From positions 1-64,000 of the forward strand of contig JBBILZ010000005.1 of NCBI GenBank assembly GCA_037444665.1: 64,000 nucleotides of DNA. The letters run 5' to 3'. Under the pieces are notes generated by a model that was given only the letters and a program-made list of their open reading frames with translations, was not told the DNA's origin and made no database searches. Made by a program: the position numbers and the translations under genes. Origin of the DNA: a candidate division WOR-3 bacterium. GTDB taxonomy: Bacteria; Hydrothermota; Tepidihabitantia; SM23-42; JAOAFX01. Below are positions 9,923-19,609 of the stretch, piece after piece (within the stretch, counting starts at the first letter, position 1; every line of letters starts with the position of its first letter).

Positions 9923-11143
9923 TTATAGATATACTACATCGTCTTCGTAAAAAAGAGATAAAAACAATAATAGGTAATCGCGAATGTGTCGTGTAATCAA
10001 AAAATTGTTTTTTATATGTCTTTTGCCATTTTCACCCAACTTTTTTGCATATTCTGGTTCATTCAGTAGTTGCTTGAGATAATATGCAGTTCCATCTATA
10101 GAATAAGTGAGTATGCCAGAGTATTTATGGGTAATCTGTAACGGAATTCCACCAACAGCCGAAGCAATTACTGGTTTTGCCTTCCATAGGGCCTCAGCAA
10201 CAGTCAATCCAAATCCCTCTTTTAGTGATTTTTGAAGAATTACTGTAGATGCCCTCTGCAGTGCATTTATTTCAATATCGCTTGCCGGAGGAAGAAAAAT
10301 AATATGGATATCAGGGTCGTCCGTAGCAGCATTTTTAACTTCTTTTAGAACTTCCATCCCTTCAGGGTCATCTGTTGCTCCGCCTCCAGCAAGCACAAGC
10401 TGACAATCAATATACTGCTTTACTTTCTGATAAGCCTTTATCACACCGAGTGGGTCCTTTAAATAATCAAAGCGCGATATCTGGGTAATGAGGGGTCTGC
10501 TTTTATCAATGGAAAATTGCTCAAGCACTTTTGAAATTACATCATCAGGCAGTTCTTTATTTTTGTCACTCAGTGGGTCAATTGAAGGAGAGATTAAAAC
10601 CTGAGGAATATTTAATTTTCTGGCAAAAGAGGGTGCTGAGAATACTGCGCGGTCATATTTATTGATGTATGATTCTAAAAATTGGATAATATATGATTGG
10701 GGTTCAGTGAAATCAATATGGCACCGCCATATCCACTTTTTACCAATTTCATTTTTTGTATTTATAAGGGCAACAGGCTGGGGGTCATGGATAAAGATTA
10801 TATCTCCATAAAAATTTATTTCTTTTCTATTTAATTCATTGATAAAAAGAAAGTATTCTAAATCTTGTTCAGTTATTTCCACAGTCACACCGTGAAGGGC
10901 ATTATGTATCTTTTTGGTAACGATAAAAAATTTTTCGTCTCCTTTTATCACATCCCATCTGACATCTGCGCCAAGGTCTTTTAACAGAGGAATCATACGT
11001 AAAAGAATTTCAGCAACTCCACCACCCACAGATGTTGAATTGATATTTTGCACTATCCTATTACCAAATTTTTCAGTCAGGAGATACAATTCGTCAATAG
11101 TATCCTGACCAACAATTGGAATATAATCTTTAATGGCTGGCAT
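9923..11143 (-). CDS. treT: Trehalose glycosyltransferring synthase (GT4)
   Basis: NSTSVGGGVAEIL, IHDPQP, WRCHID, EGFGLTVAEA motifs. Confidence 0.9.
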   Translation of the reverse strand: MPAIKDYIPIVGQDTIDELYLLTEKFGNRIVQNINSTSVGGGVAEILLRMIPLLKDLGADVRWDVIKGDEKFFIVTKKIHNALHGVTVEITEQDLEYFLFINELNRKEINFYGDIIFIHDPQPVALINTKNEIGKKWIWRCHIDFTEPQSYIIQFLESYINKYDRAVFSAPSFARKLNIPQVLISPSIDPLSDKNKELPDDVISKVLEQFSIDKSRPLITQISRFDYLKDPLGVIKAYQKVKQYIDCQLVLAGGGATDDPEGMEVLKEVKNAATDDPDIHIIFLPPASDIEINALQRASTVILQKSLKEGFGLTVAEALWKAKPVIASAVGGIPLQITHKYSGILTYSIDGTAYYLKQLLNEPEYAKKLGENGKRHIKNNFLITRHIRDYLLLFLSLFYEDDVVYL

Positions 11144-11774
11144 ACTTTTTTATGGTTGCAATCAATTTTTGGCGTAGTCCTTCAAGGGTCATAGTGTATG
11201 GGTCTAATCTCGCAATTTCAATTGCTACTTTCTTTTCTCCTAAATCAAAGAGCCAGCGCGAAAAATCATTTTCACTATTATTCAAACGGAGCCTTGATTC
11301 AATAAAGTGGAAATACAAAGAAGGAAGACTGATTCTTTTTAAGACTTCACATAACTCATCAACAGAACTTGCTTTAAATGTGGTTGGTAAGATAAATGTC
11401 TGACATTTCATAAAGTGAAATTCTTGCCCTTCAAGGACAATTCTATTTGGTTTTTCTGCAACAATATAATCACTGATAATTTTTATAAGTTGTTTTCTCA
11501 ATGTTTCAATATTCCTGAAGTGTATAATATTGATACTCGCAACTGCTTCACCAAGGTCTTTTATATTCAAACTTTGACTAATCCAATAGGCAAAATCATT
11601 GGGAGGTTCAGGATATAATAAAAATTGTTGATACAAAAGTCTATGCGTATGGTGATAGATTGAAGAGGTCGGTACAATCTTGATGTTGTCCAATAATTCT
11701 TGCAGGGTTTTTGCTTTTATTCCTAATAATTGAATAAGACGAAGGCTCGTTTTGAATTGAAATGGTTCAACCAT
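11130..11774 (-). CDS. DUF5752 / OrfY-like protein
   Basis: Duplicated SIYHH...NDFAYWI / SLYFHF...NDFSRWL repeat; adjacent to treT. Confidence 0.8.
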   Translation of the reverse strand: MVEPFQFKTSLRLIQLLGIKAKTLQELLDNIKIVPTSSIYHHTHRLLYQQFLLYPEPPNDFAYWISQSLNIKDLGEAVASINIIHFRNIETLRKQLIKIISDYIVAEKPNRIVLEGQEFHFMKCQTFILPTTFKASSVDELCEVLKRISLPSLYFHFIESRLRLNNSENDFSRWLFDLGEKKVAIEIARLDPYTMTLEGLRQKLIATIKKYASH

Positions 11775-11775
11775 T

Positions 11776-14025
11776 TTATTGCTTAATCATTTCTTCAAGT
11801 AACAGTAATACATCTTTATAAGTTCTAACAAAGTATTTTGCATATGATTGTGGGTATCCAACCTTGACCGTATAGGCATTATCTTCAAGGAGAATTTTAA
11901 ATAGGTCTTCGTCGGTCCAATCATCACCGATCGCCAAGATAAAATCAAACTCTTTGTTTGACAACCAGTGTAATGAAGCGGTTCCCTTGTTGACACCTGA
12001 ACTTCTTACTTCCACGACCTTGCTTCCCTGAAGGACCTGGAGGTCAAGATTAGCAGTTAAATAGATAAGATTATCAATTAATTGTTTGGCAATCATTTCT
12101 GCCCTTTCCTGGTTCGTATTTCGGTAGTGCCAGACAATTGAGAATTCTTTTTGTTCAATAAATGAGCCAGGAAGACGGTCAACATACATTTCCATAACAG
12201 ACCGGATTTCATCAATCCATTTATTTGTTAAGGGTTTTAATAAATGCCAGTCTTTATCCTTTTCTTTAATCCAGGTACCATGTTCAGCAATTAGGTGCAA
12301 ATTTAGTAAACCGAACCAATCGGATAGTGTCTTTCTATCGCGTCCACTTATTAAAATTAATTCTGTATTAGAAATTGTGGAAAGATTGTGTAAAATATCA
12401 AGAATTTTTTTATCTGGTTGAGCTAATTCAGGTTTAGATGTAAATGGAGTGAGCGTGCCATCATAATCAAGAAAGATCAAACTTTTCATACTTCTTTTGA
12501 AATCCTCTATCAATTTATTTTTTAAATCGGTGGTAAGATAAAATGTTTCATACTTTTGTTGTATCTCTTTTATTTTAATCAATCCACTTAAAAAGTCAGA
12601 TGCCCATTTTGCAACATTATACCGTTCCAACCTTGTTTGCATAATTCCATTGCGCTGTTTTTGTTCAGCGATATCTGAATTAAGTGCTTTATTTATTAGA
12701 CTGGCAAGTTCATCGGGATTATTCGCATTCACTCTGAACGTTTCCTGTAATTCTTCAGCCGCGCCCGCAGTTTCGCTGAGAATCAGAACGCCGGTCTTTT
12801 CTGGACGGCATGCAAGATACTCTTTAGCAATTAAATTCATTCCATCTCGTAGAGGTGTAATTAAAGCGACATCACTGATACTGTAGAGTGCAACAAGTGG
12901 ATAAAAAGATAAGAATCTATATTGGTAGATGATTGGTGTCCAATCAACCGAGCCAAAAGCGCCATTGATTTCACCAACTGATTCATCAATCTGTTTTTTA
13001 ATCATTTGATAGTGTTCAACCCCAATTCTTGAGGGCACAACAATTAGAACCATAACGACCTTTTTATGCCAGTGAGGATTATTTTTAAGAAAAATTTTAT
13101 ACGCCACAAGCCTGTTCAGAATACCTTTGGTGTAATCAAGGCGGTCAATTGAAAGAATGATTTTAAATTTTCCCAGATTCCTTAAGAACTTTTGACGCTC
13201 CTTTTCTGTTTTCGGGTTATGAACAGCATTGCTAAATTTTTTAAAATCTATGCCCATGGGAAATGTATCTGCCTTTACAATTCTATCTCCTATTGCAATC
13301 TGCCCCATACTATTTTCATAGCCAAGAATCCTTAAAACACATCTTAAAAAATACTGGGTGTAATCATTTGTGTGAAAGCCTATTAAATCTGCGCCAAGAA
13401 GACCGTTTAGAATCTCGCTACGCCATTTTTCGGGTAGAAGACGAAAGATTTCAAAAGATGGAAATGGTATATGTAAAAAGAAACCGATTGTAGCATTGGG
13501 CAGTCGCTCTCTAATCAATGCGGGCAACAACATCAAGTGGTAGTCATGAATCCAAATTATATCATCAGGCTGAGCCATCTGCAGGATATGGTCAGCAAAG
13601 ATAATGTTGACCTTTTTGTAGTATTCCCAGGATTGCGGGTCATAGATTGCATATGATGGAAAGTAGTGAAATAATGGCCAGATCAGTTTATTACAAAAGC
13701 CATGATAGAAGTTATCCATAGTATTTTCATCAACAAAAACAGGAAACGCATTGTAATGCGTTGATAACAGAGAGTTTAAATTTTGTCGGTCAGTATCATT
13801 TTTTACATTAATGCCAGGCCAGCCAATCCAGAGGTATCTATTTTCAATATCTGAAATACCTTTTAAAGAATCAAGATAGGCACTGAGGCCTGACACCAGA
13901 CCCCCAACACTTTCTTTAAATCTGAATTCACGGTTCTTTATAGTAATTGTAACGGGTAACCGGTTGGAAACGACAAGAAGCCTGGTCTGGCTGACACTGC
14001 TATATTTTTTTTGGACTTCTCTCAT
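11776..14025 (-). CDS. Bifunctional trehalose-6-phosphate synthase/phosphatase (OtsA-OtsB fusion)
   Basis: VSNRLP, WIHDYHL, FLHIPFP, RDGMNL (GT20); FLDYDGTL and GDDWTDED (HAD). Confidence 0.95.
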   Translation of the reverse strand: MREVQKKYSSVSQTRLLVVSNRLPVTITIKNREFRFKESVGGLVSGLSAYLDSLKGISDIENRYLWIGWPGINVKNDTDRQNLNSLLSTHYNAFPVFVDENTMDNFYHGFCNKLIWPLFHYFPSYAIYDPQSWEYYKKVNIIFADHILQMAQPDDIIWIHDYHLMLLPALIRERLPNATIGFFLHIPFPSFEIFRLLPEKWRSEILNGLLGADLIGFHTNDYTQYFLRCVLRILGYENSMGQIAIGDRIVKADTFPMGIDFKKFSNAVHNPKTEKERQKFLRNLGKFKIILSIDRLDYTKGILNRLVAYKIFLKNNPHWHKKVVMVLIVVPSRIGVEHYQMIKKQIDESVGEINGAFGSVDWTPIIYQYRFLSFYPLVALYSISDVALITPLRDGMNLIAKEYLACRPEKTGVLILSETAGAAEELQETFRVNANNPDELASLINKALNSDIAEQKQRNGIMQTRLERYNVAKWASDFLSGLIKIKEIQQKYETFYLTTDLKNKLIEDFKRSMKSLIFLDYDGTLTPFTSKPELAQPDKKILDILHNLSTISNTELILISGRDRKTLSDWFGLLNLHLIAEHGTWIKEKDKDWHLLKPLTNKWIDEIRSVMEMYVDRLPGSFIEQKEFSIVWHYRNTNQERAEMIAKQLIDNLIYLTANLDLQVLQGSKVVEVRSSGVNKGTASLHWLSNKEFDFILAIGDDWTDEDLFKILLEDNAYTVKVGYPQSYAKYFVRTYKDVLLLLEEMIKQ

Positions 14026-14031
14026 ATATTT

Positions 14032-14059
14032 ATTATAATAGAATTCTACCTTGTGTCAA
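14032..14059 (-). promoter_or_regulatory. Promoter TTGACA-N16-TATAAT for trehalose operon (leaderless)
   Basis: Consensus hexamers; ATG 6 nt after the -10 box. Confidence 0.75.
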
Positions 14060-14073
14060 GGGTTATAATTTCA

Positions 14074-14101
14074 TTGACAACTGAAATTTCAGGATTATAA
14101 T
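14074..14101 (+). promoter_or_regulatory. Promoter TTGACA-N16-TATAAT for putative selenoprotein gene (leaderless)
   Basis: Consensus hexamers; GTG 14107 is 5 nt after the -10 box. Confidence 0.75.
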
Positions 14102-14106
14102 TAATA

Positions 14107-16056
14107 GTGGGAAGATTAATTATTATCTTATTTTTTGCAATCAATCTGTTGAGTTCTGGCGAATTTATTATAAATGGTAATTTTGAAGATTCATTGAATG
14201 GCTGGAACCCTTATGCCCAGGGTGAAACATTTACTCTTCTGACTGATAAAAGTTATGACGAAGACCCGGATTCTGAAGTCTATGTGGGAAGACTTGATAA
14301 GCTTGTTACTGCACTCTATCAGACCTGTAATATTCCTGTACTTAATCTTAACTTCAGTTTCAATGCCAGACTTATTGCCTGCAGTTATGATACACTCCAT
14401 CCCCACTCGGCGGTTGCCGCAATAATTATTTGCTATTTGAACAACGACGAAGAAATCCTTGGTGAGACCCGAATTTTTAATTATGCAGAGACCCTTTACT
14501 GGTTTCCATCACCAACAATCCATCTTGTAGAGATAGGTGATACAAACTGGTTTTCTGATACCATCAATATTATTGAAGAACTCCAGAATCTTCCTGGTAT
14601 AAACCCTTCAGATATTGCAAAATTGAGAATTGTTTTATATAGCCAGGGAAATGGTTGTTGACCAGGCCATGCAGAGGCGAAGGTCTTCGCCGATGATATA
14701 AGTTTGAAGATTAATGATAGCATAGCCCATTGTAGTATGATTTCTTATTTATTTGATGATTCATCAGGGACTAATAATGGTATCCTGGAACCTGGTGAAG
14801 AGAGCAACCTAATTTTTACAATAAAAAATGTTGGTAGTATTGATATTCAAAATCTAAATGGTATATTGGTTAGTGCTTCACCTTATCTGGAGATAATCAA
14901 TAGTTCTTCATCTTTCGGGAGTGTGTTGATTGATTCTTTAGTAAATAACATGTCAAACCCATTCAGGATTCAAGCCCTATCAAATGCACCACAGGGTTAT
15001 GAGACTTTTTTAAAACTCATTTTATCTGATAATTCTGGTAGTATTGATACTACCGCCATAAAAATTATAATCGGGAAGAAGGATTATCTGGTCTGGGACG
15101 CGGATAGAAACAACTCAAGTGGGCATAGGATCTATGAAATTCTACAAAATCTTGGTTATGAAGGTGATTATATAAATTATCACTTCTATTCATTTGAGCA
15201 TCTACAAAATTATAAGTCTCTATTTATTTGCGCCGGTGTTGCCTATCAAAACTTTGTGCTTTTCAATAAGAGTTATGAAGTGCAGAAGGTTGTTAATTAT
15301 ATTGAGCATAATGGTAATGTCTATCTTGAAGGCGGCGAATGCTGGTTTTTTGACCCACTGGTAATGAGTGGTTTTGATTTTAATCCTTATTTTGGTATCA
15401 GGCCGGTTAATGATGGCTATAGTGGTATCGGAACAATTGAAGGTATAGAAAATACATTTACTCAAGGTATGCTATTCAGATATGAAGGTGAAGATTTTTT
15501 CCTTGACCAGATAGATTCAACTGGAACGGGTTTTCGCATATTTTATGAGCATGATAATAATTTTTATTGCGGTGTGGCAAATATTGCCTCAGGCTATAAA
15601 ACTGTTGGTGTATCATTTGAACTTTCTGGACTCCTTGATAACGAACAGGTAACAAAGGCAATCCTGCTGGATTCAATAATGCACTTCTTTGGCATAAATT
15701 TTGTAGGTATTGAGAAAGAACAAGATGTTCAATTTATGGTTCGCAATCAAAAAATTTTAACAATTTCACCAAATCCATTCCGGAATCACCTTATAATTAA
15801 ATTCGAAATTCGAAATCCGAAATTCGAAACAAATCCCAAATCTCAAATTCTAAACACCAAATTACAAATCTACGATGCGACGGGCAGATTGGTGAAATCT
15901 TTTAACTATCAAACCATCCAACCATCAGACCATCCAACCACAATCGTCTGGAACGGAACAGACGATGTGGGTCGCAAATTGCCTGCTGGTGTTTATTTTG
16001 TGAGACTGGAAAGCGAAGGTATCAAACAGGTGGAGAAGGTGGTTAAGATAGAGTGA
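14107..16056 (+). CDS. Putative secreted selenoprotein (649 aa, Sec185 at TGA 14659-14661): signal peptide, CBM-like jelly-roll, Ig-like domain, alpha/beta domain, T9SS/FlgD-type CTD
   Basis: ORFs 14107-14661 and 14704-16056 share a frame with 14 sense codons between; reads ...QGNGC-U-PGHAEAKVFADDISLKI; SECIS-like hairpin follows; CTD motifs ISPNPF...IYDATGRLV...LPAGVYFVRL. Confidence 0.8.
14662..14696 (+). promoter_or_regulatory. Bacterial SECIS-like hairpin
   Basis: GGCGAA-GGTC-TTCGCC stem-loop (14676-14691) starting 15 nt after the TGA, apical AGGUCU. Confidence 0.75.
15799..15942 (+). repeat. Degenerate 7-mer (AAATTCG-like) and 8-mer (CAACCATC-like) tandem repeats inside the CTD coding region
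   Basis: AAATTCG AAATTCG AAATCCG AAATTCG...; TAACTATC AAACCATC CAACCATC AGACCATC CAACCACA. Confidence 0.85.
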
Positions 16057-16090
16057 TACCTATCTCCACTTACGAAGTGGGGGCGGGAAC

Positions 16091-16900
16091 TCAATTATAT
16101 TTCAGGAGTTTTTGCAGAGACACTTTATAATTTTTTGCCTGGATATAACCTCGCTCAATTGCCTCTTTAGCCTTTTCAAATTGACTCAAACCAATGCCCT
16201 GTGTATCAATGTCTATCCATACCCCATCATTCAGTTTTTCAAGTCCATAATAGATTAATCGTGAACTTATCAGGTCAAAGGTTTTGATAAATATCTGTTT
16301 TATATTATATTTCTTACCAGATTCCTGTTTTGAGGAGATTGGAAACTGTGCATATGTAAATCTGGGCAGAACATTCACTGCGATTATTTTCTTTGCACCC
16401 AAATTTTTTGCTATATCAACTGGAACAGGATTGATAAATCCACCATCAATCAATATTCTACCCTGATACTTATGGGGAAAGAATACAACTGGTATTGATA
16501 TGGATGCCCTTATTGCCTGGATAAGGTCACCATGGTCAATAACAATTTCAGTATTCTCTTCAATATCTGTGGCAACTGCAGCATATTTTATGGATAACTC
16601 TTCAATCCTGATACCACCAAGATATGGTTTCAAGAATTTGACTATGTTTTTACCATCAATAAAACCACTCTTTGCGAGGCGGATATTAAATAGTTCCCTT
16701 TTCTTTTTTTTATCTATTCTTAACGCAATCTCCTCCATCTCATTGGCGCTGTAACCTTTTGCGCAAAAACCACCGATGAGCGAACCCATACTTGCACCAA
16801 CAATAATATCAGGCTTGATATTCAATTCTTCAAGATATTTTATCACACCAATATGTGCATATCCTTTTGCTGCACCACCACCAAGAGCCAATCCGAGCAT
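16091..16900 (-). CDS. Patatin-like phospholipase
   Basis: GGGAAKG, GASMG, DGG motifs. Confidence 0.93.
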   Translation of the reverse strand: MLGLALGGGAAKGYAHIGVIKYLEELNIKPDIIVGASMGSLIGGFCAKGYSANEMEEIALRIDKKKKRELFNIRLAKSGFIDGKNIVKFLKPYLGGIRIEELSIKYAAVATDIEENTEIVIDHGDLIQAIRASISIPVVFFPHKYQGRILIDGGFINPVPVDIAKNLGAKKIIAVNVLPRFTYAQFPISSKQESGKKYNIKQIFIKTFDLISSRLIYYGLEKLNDGVWIDIDTQGIGLSQFEKAKEAIERGYIQAKNYKVSLQKLLKYN

Positions 16901-17057
16901 ATATTTATATTATATTGAATTAGAATTAATATTCAAGATAAAAAACTTGTAGTTACCCGATTTATCGGATATTATATCGGGGATTGGTTTAGAAACTGGT
17001 CTAATGTTAAAAATAATAAACAGAGAAAAACTGAAGATGGTGCAGGTTAAAAATCTC

Positions 17058-17085
17058 TTGACAGGGTTCCATTTTTAAATATAAT
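17058..17085 (+). promoter_or_regulatory. Promoter TTGACA-N16-TATAAT for nikR operon
   Basis: Consensus hexamers 8 nt before ATG 17094. Confidence 0.75.
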
Positions 17086-17088
17086 GTA

Positions 17089-17115
17089 ATGTTATGAATT
17101 TTAAAAAAGTAACAC
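17089..17115. promoter_or_regulatory. Putative NikR operator 1 (ATGTTAT-N13-GTAACAC)
   Basis: Imperfect inverted repeat over the nikR start codon; same geometry as operator 2. Confidence 0.7.
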
Positions 17116-17540
17116 CAAAGAAAAAGAGAGCAGCACGATTTGGAGTCTCTATGACCCAGGAACTGCTCGCAGATTTTGACCGTTTGATTGCTGAAATGGG
17201 TTCTGCAAATCGTTCTGAGGCAATAAGGAAATTGATTCGCGAAAGACTTGTTCAGAAAGAATGGGAATCATCAGAAGAGGAGATTGTGGCAACAATTACT
17301 ATGGTCTATAGCCACGATGTCCATGAATTGTCCGAGCGTCTCACTGAAATTCAGCACAAATACTATAAACAGATTATCTCTACGATGCATATCCATCTTG
17401 ATGAGTATAACTGTCTTGAGATTCTGGCAATAAAGGGTCGCGCTGGCGAGGTAAAAAAGATTGCTGATAGACTCTTAAGCACCAAGGGCATAAAACACGG
17501 GCAACTGACCACTACAAGCACGGGTAAAAAATTAGTATAA
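17094..17540 (+). CDS. nikR: Nickel-responsive regulator
   Basis: RFGVS...NRSEAIR ribbon-helix-helix; H-x-H-x5-C (HIHLDEYNCLE) Ni site. Confidence 0.96.
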   Translation: MNFKKVTPKKKRAARFGVSMTQELLADFDRLIAEMGSANRSEAIRKLIRERLVQKEWESSEEEIVATITMVYSHDVHELSERLTEIQHKYYKQIISTMHIHLDEYNCLEILAIKGRAGEVKKIADRLLSTKGIKHGQLTTTSTGKKLV

Positions 17541-17552
17541 ATTTTTTTATTG

Positions 17553-17579
17553 GTGTTACTTTTTAAATTTTAGTAGCAC
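17553..17579. promoter_or_regulatory. Putative NikR operator 2 (GTGTTAC-N13-GTAGCAC)
   Basis: Near-perfect inverted repeat between nikR and the transporter genes. Confidence 0.72.
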
Positions 17580-17594
17580 GAAAGGAGACTAAAC

Positions 17595-18203
17595 ATGCTG
17601 CTAAAATATATCAATATTTTTATGGTTATGATATGTTTTGTTTTTGGGGCAAGGCCCTTTGGCACTGACGATGCAGGAACTGTAGCATCAGGAGCATACG
17701 AACTTGAGACAGGTTTTGATTTCTGGAAAGAGCAGGGTGTTTTAGGGATTGGTTTTAAGCACGGTATTACTGAAAGGATGGATATTGGTATCGGATTTGG
17801 TTTTAATGTCGTTTCCGAGCCAAAGAACTCATTCACGATTTCTGAATTCAGTTTCAAATGGGCGATTGTGCCTGAACTATTTTCTACTTCATTCTGTGCA
17901 GAGATTGGCGGTTCATCATATAATATCAATAGCATCTTTACCCGATGTCTTGGTCCAATAGAGATTGATGCCAATTTTGGGTTTGTCACTGGTGATACAA
18001 GTATTACCTATGCTGGTGCAGTAATCTATAATCTCACCAATCTAACAATAGGTGGAGAGGTATGCGGTGATAAGGAATCACAATTCTGGCTTTTTGGCGG
18101 TCGGTATACAGTTACTGAAGCATTTGCAATAGATGCAGGTTTTCAGAGTGATTTTGAATTTGAGGGAAAGATGGTAACTGCTGGAATACATTATGAATTT
18201 TAA
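17595..18203 (+). CDS. Small outer-membrane beta-barrel protein
   Basis: Signal peptide, [12 protein letters not shown]-terminal motif, amphipathic strands, C-terminal F. Confidence 0.7.
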   Translation: MLLKYINIFMVMICFVFGARPFGTDDAGTVASGAYELETGFDFWKEQGVLGIGFKHGITERMDIGIGFGFNVVSEPKNSFTISEFSFKWAIVPELFSTSFCAEIGGSSYNINSIFTRCLGPIEIDANFGFVTGDTSITYAGAVIYNLTNLTIGGEVCGDKESQFWLFGGRYTVTEAFAIDAGFQSDFEFEGKMVTAGIHYEF

Positions 18204-18216
18204 AAAGGGGGTAAAA

Positions 18217-18987
18217 ATGAATAGAGGGATAATACCATTACTTGTTTTATTATTAGGTTCTTCTTTGCTCTTTGGACACTTCCAGATGATTGTGCCGAGC
18301 ACAAATATTGTTGAGGACCAAAAAACAGCAACAATAAATCTAAATTTGATATTCTGCCATCCATTTGAGCAAACAATGATGGATATGGCAAAGCCGGTTC
18401 AGTTTGGAGTATTGATAAATGGTGGGAAAAAAGAAAATCTTTTAACTACACTTATTGAAAAGAAAATTGGTGGATGTTTAACCTGGAACACGAGCTATAA
18501 ATTGAAACAGCCCGGCGATTATATTTTCTTTGTTGAACCTGCACCATACTGGGAGCCAGCCGAAGAAAAATTTATTGTTCATTATACAAAAACCATGGTC
18601 AATGGTTTTGGCTTGCAGGAAGCCTGGGATGCAGAGATCGGTCTTGAGACTGAGATCATTCCTTTGACCCGTCCTTATGGACTGTATGCAGGCAATATTT
18701 TTTATGGTCTGGTCAAGGTCAATGGCAAGCCTGCACCATTTACTGATGTTGAGGTTGAGTATTATAACATAGATAACAAATACACCGCACCATCTGAGCC
18801 GTATATCACGCAGGTAGTAAAAACTGATGCACAGGGTCTTTTTATGTATGCGATGCCAAAACCTGGCTGGTGGGGATTTGCTGCCTTGAGTGAGAGAGAA
18901 GCAAAGATGTTAAATAAAAAGGATGGCAAATCGTATCCAGTGGAAATCGGTGCAGTGATGTGGGTTTATGTTGAGGAGATGAAATAA
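18217..18987 (+). CDS. DUF4198 periplasmic Ni/Co-binding component
   Basis: Signal peptide then [30 protein letters not shown]. Confidence 0.85.
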   Translation: MNRGIIPLLVLLLGSSLLFGHFQMIVPSTNIVEDQKTATINLNLIFCHPFEQTMMDMAKPVQFGVLINGGKKENLLTTLIEKKIGGCLTWNTSYKLKQPGDYIFFVEPAPYWEPAEEKFIVHYTKTMVNGFGLQEAWDAEIGLETEIIPLTRPYGLYAGNIFYGLVKVNGKPAPFTDVEVEYYNIDNKYTAPSEPYITQVVKTDAQGLFMYAMPKPGWWGFAALSEREAKMLNKKDGKSYPVEIGAVMWVYVEEMK

Positions 18988-19595
18988 TGCATATTGCAGA
19001 AGGAGTATTAGCCGCGCCCGTGCTTGCCACAGGCGCGGCTATTGCCGCAGGCGGCTGTGGCATTGGTATCAAAAAAATGGGGTATGAAGAGATGCCCAAA
19101 GTCGCGGTTATCTCAAGCGTATTCTTTGTTGCTTCGCTTATCCATGTGCCTGTAGGTCCGTCCAGTGCCCATCTGATTTTAAATGGCATGGCAGGAATAA
19201 TTCTTGGTTATGCTGCATTTCCGGCACTACTCCTTGCCCTTTTATTACAGGCAATTTTGTTCCAGTTCGGTGGTTTTACTACCCTTGGTGTAAATACGGT
19301 TACTATGGCAACCCCCGCAGTTCTTTGCTATATTATTTTTAAACCGCTGGTGATCCATAAAATTCGCTTTATTTCTGCCATTGCCGGTTTTTTGACCGGC
19401 TTTTTGAGCGTATTTTTATCCAGTATTCTTGTTGCGCTGGCGCTATCTCTCAGCGGAGAAGTTTTTATTGCTGTTGCTAAAATGATTGTTATTGTCCATA
19501 TTCCGATAATGGTCATTGAAGGAATTATCACAGGTTTTGTTATCTTTTTTTTAAGGAAAGTAAAACCAGAACTATTAGGATACAAAAACTTTTAA
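18987..19595 (+). CDS. cbiM: Ni/Co ECF transporter S component
   Basis: MHIAEGVL N-terminus, SLIHVP, FGGFTTLG. Confidence 0.93.
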   Translation: MHIAEGVLAAPVLATGAAIAAGGCGIGIKKMGYEEMPKVAVISSVFFVASLIHVPVGPSSAHLILNGMAGIILGYAAFPALLLALLLQAILFQFGGFTTLGVNTVTMATPAVLCYIIFKPLVIHKIRFISAIAGFLTGFLSVFLSSILVALALSLSGEVFIAVAKMIVIVHIPIMVIEGIITGFVIFFLRKVKPELLGYKNF

Positions 19596-19609
19596 TACAA
19601 GGAGAAAAA

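Noticed and set aside
14704..16056. Independent 450-aa gene starting at TTG 14704
   Set aside because: No clear SD or signal peptide despite a secretion CTD; better explained as the readthrough continuation of 14107.
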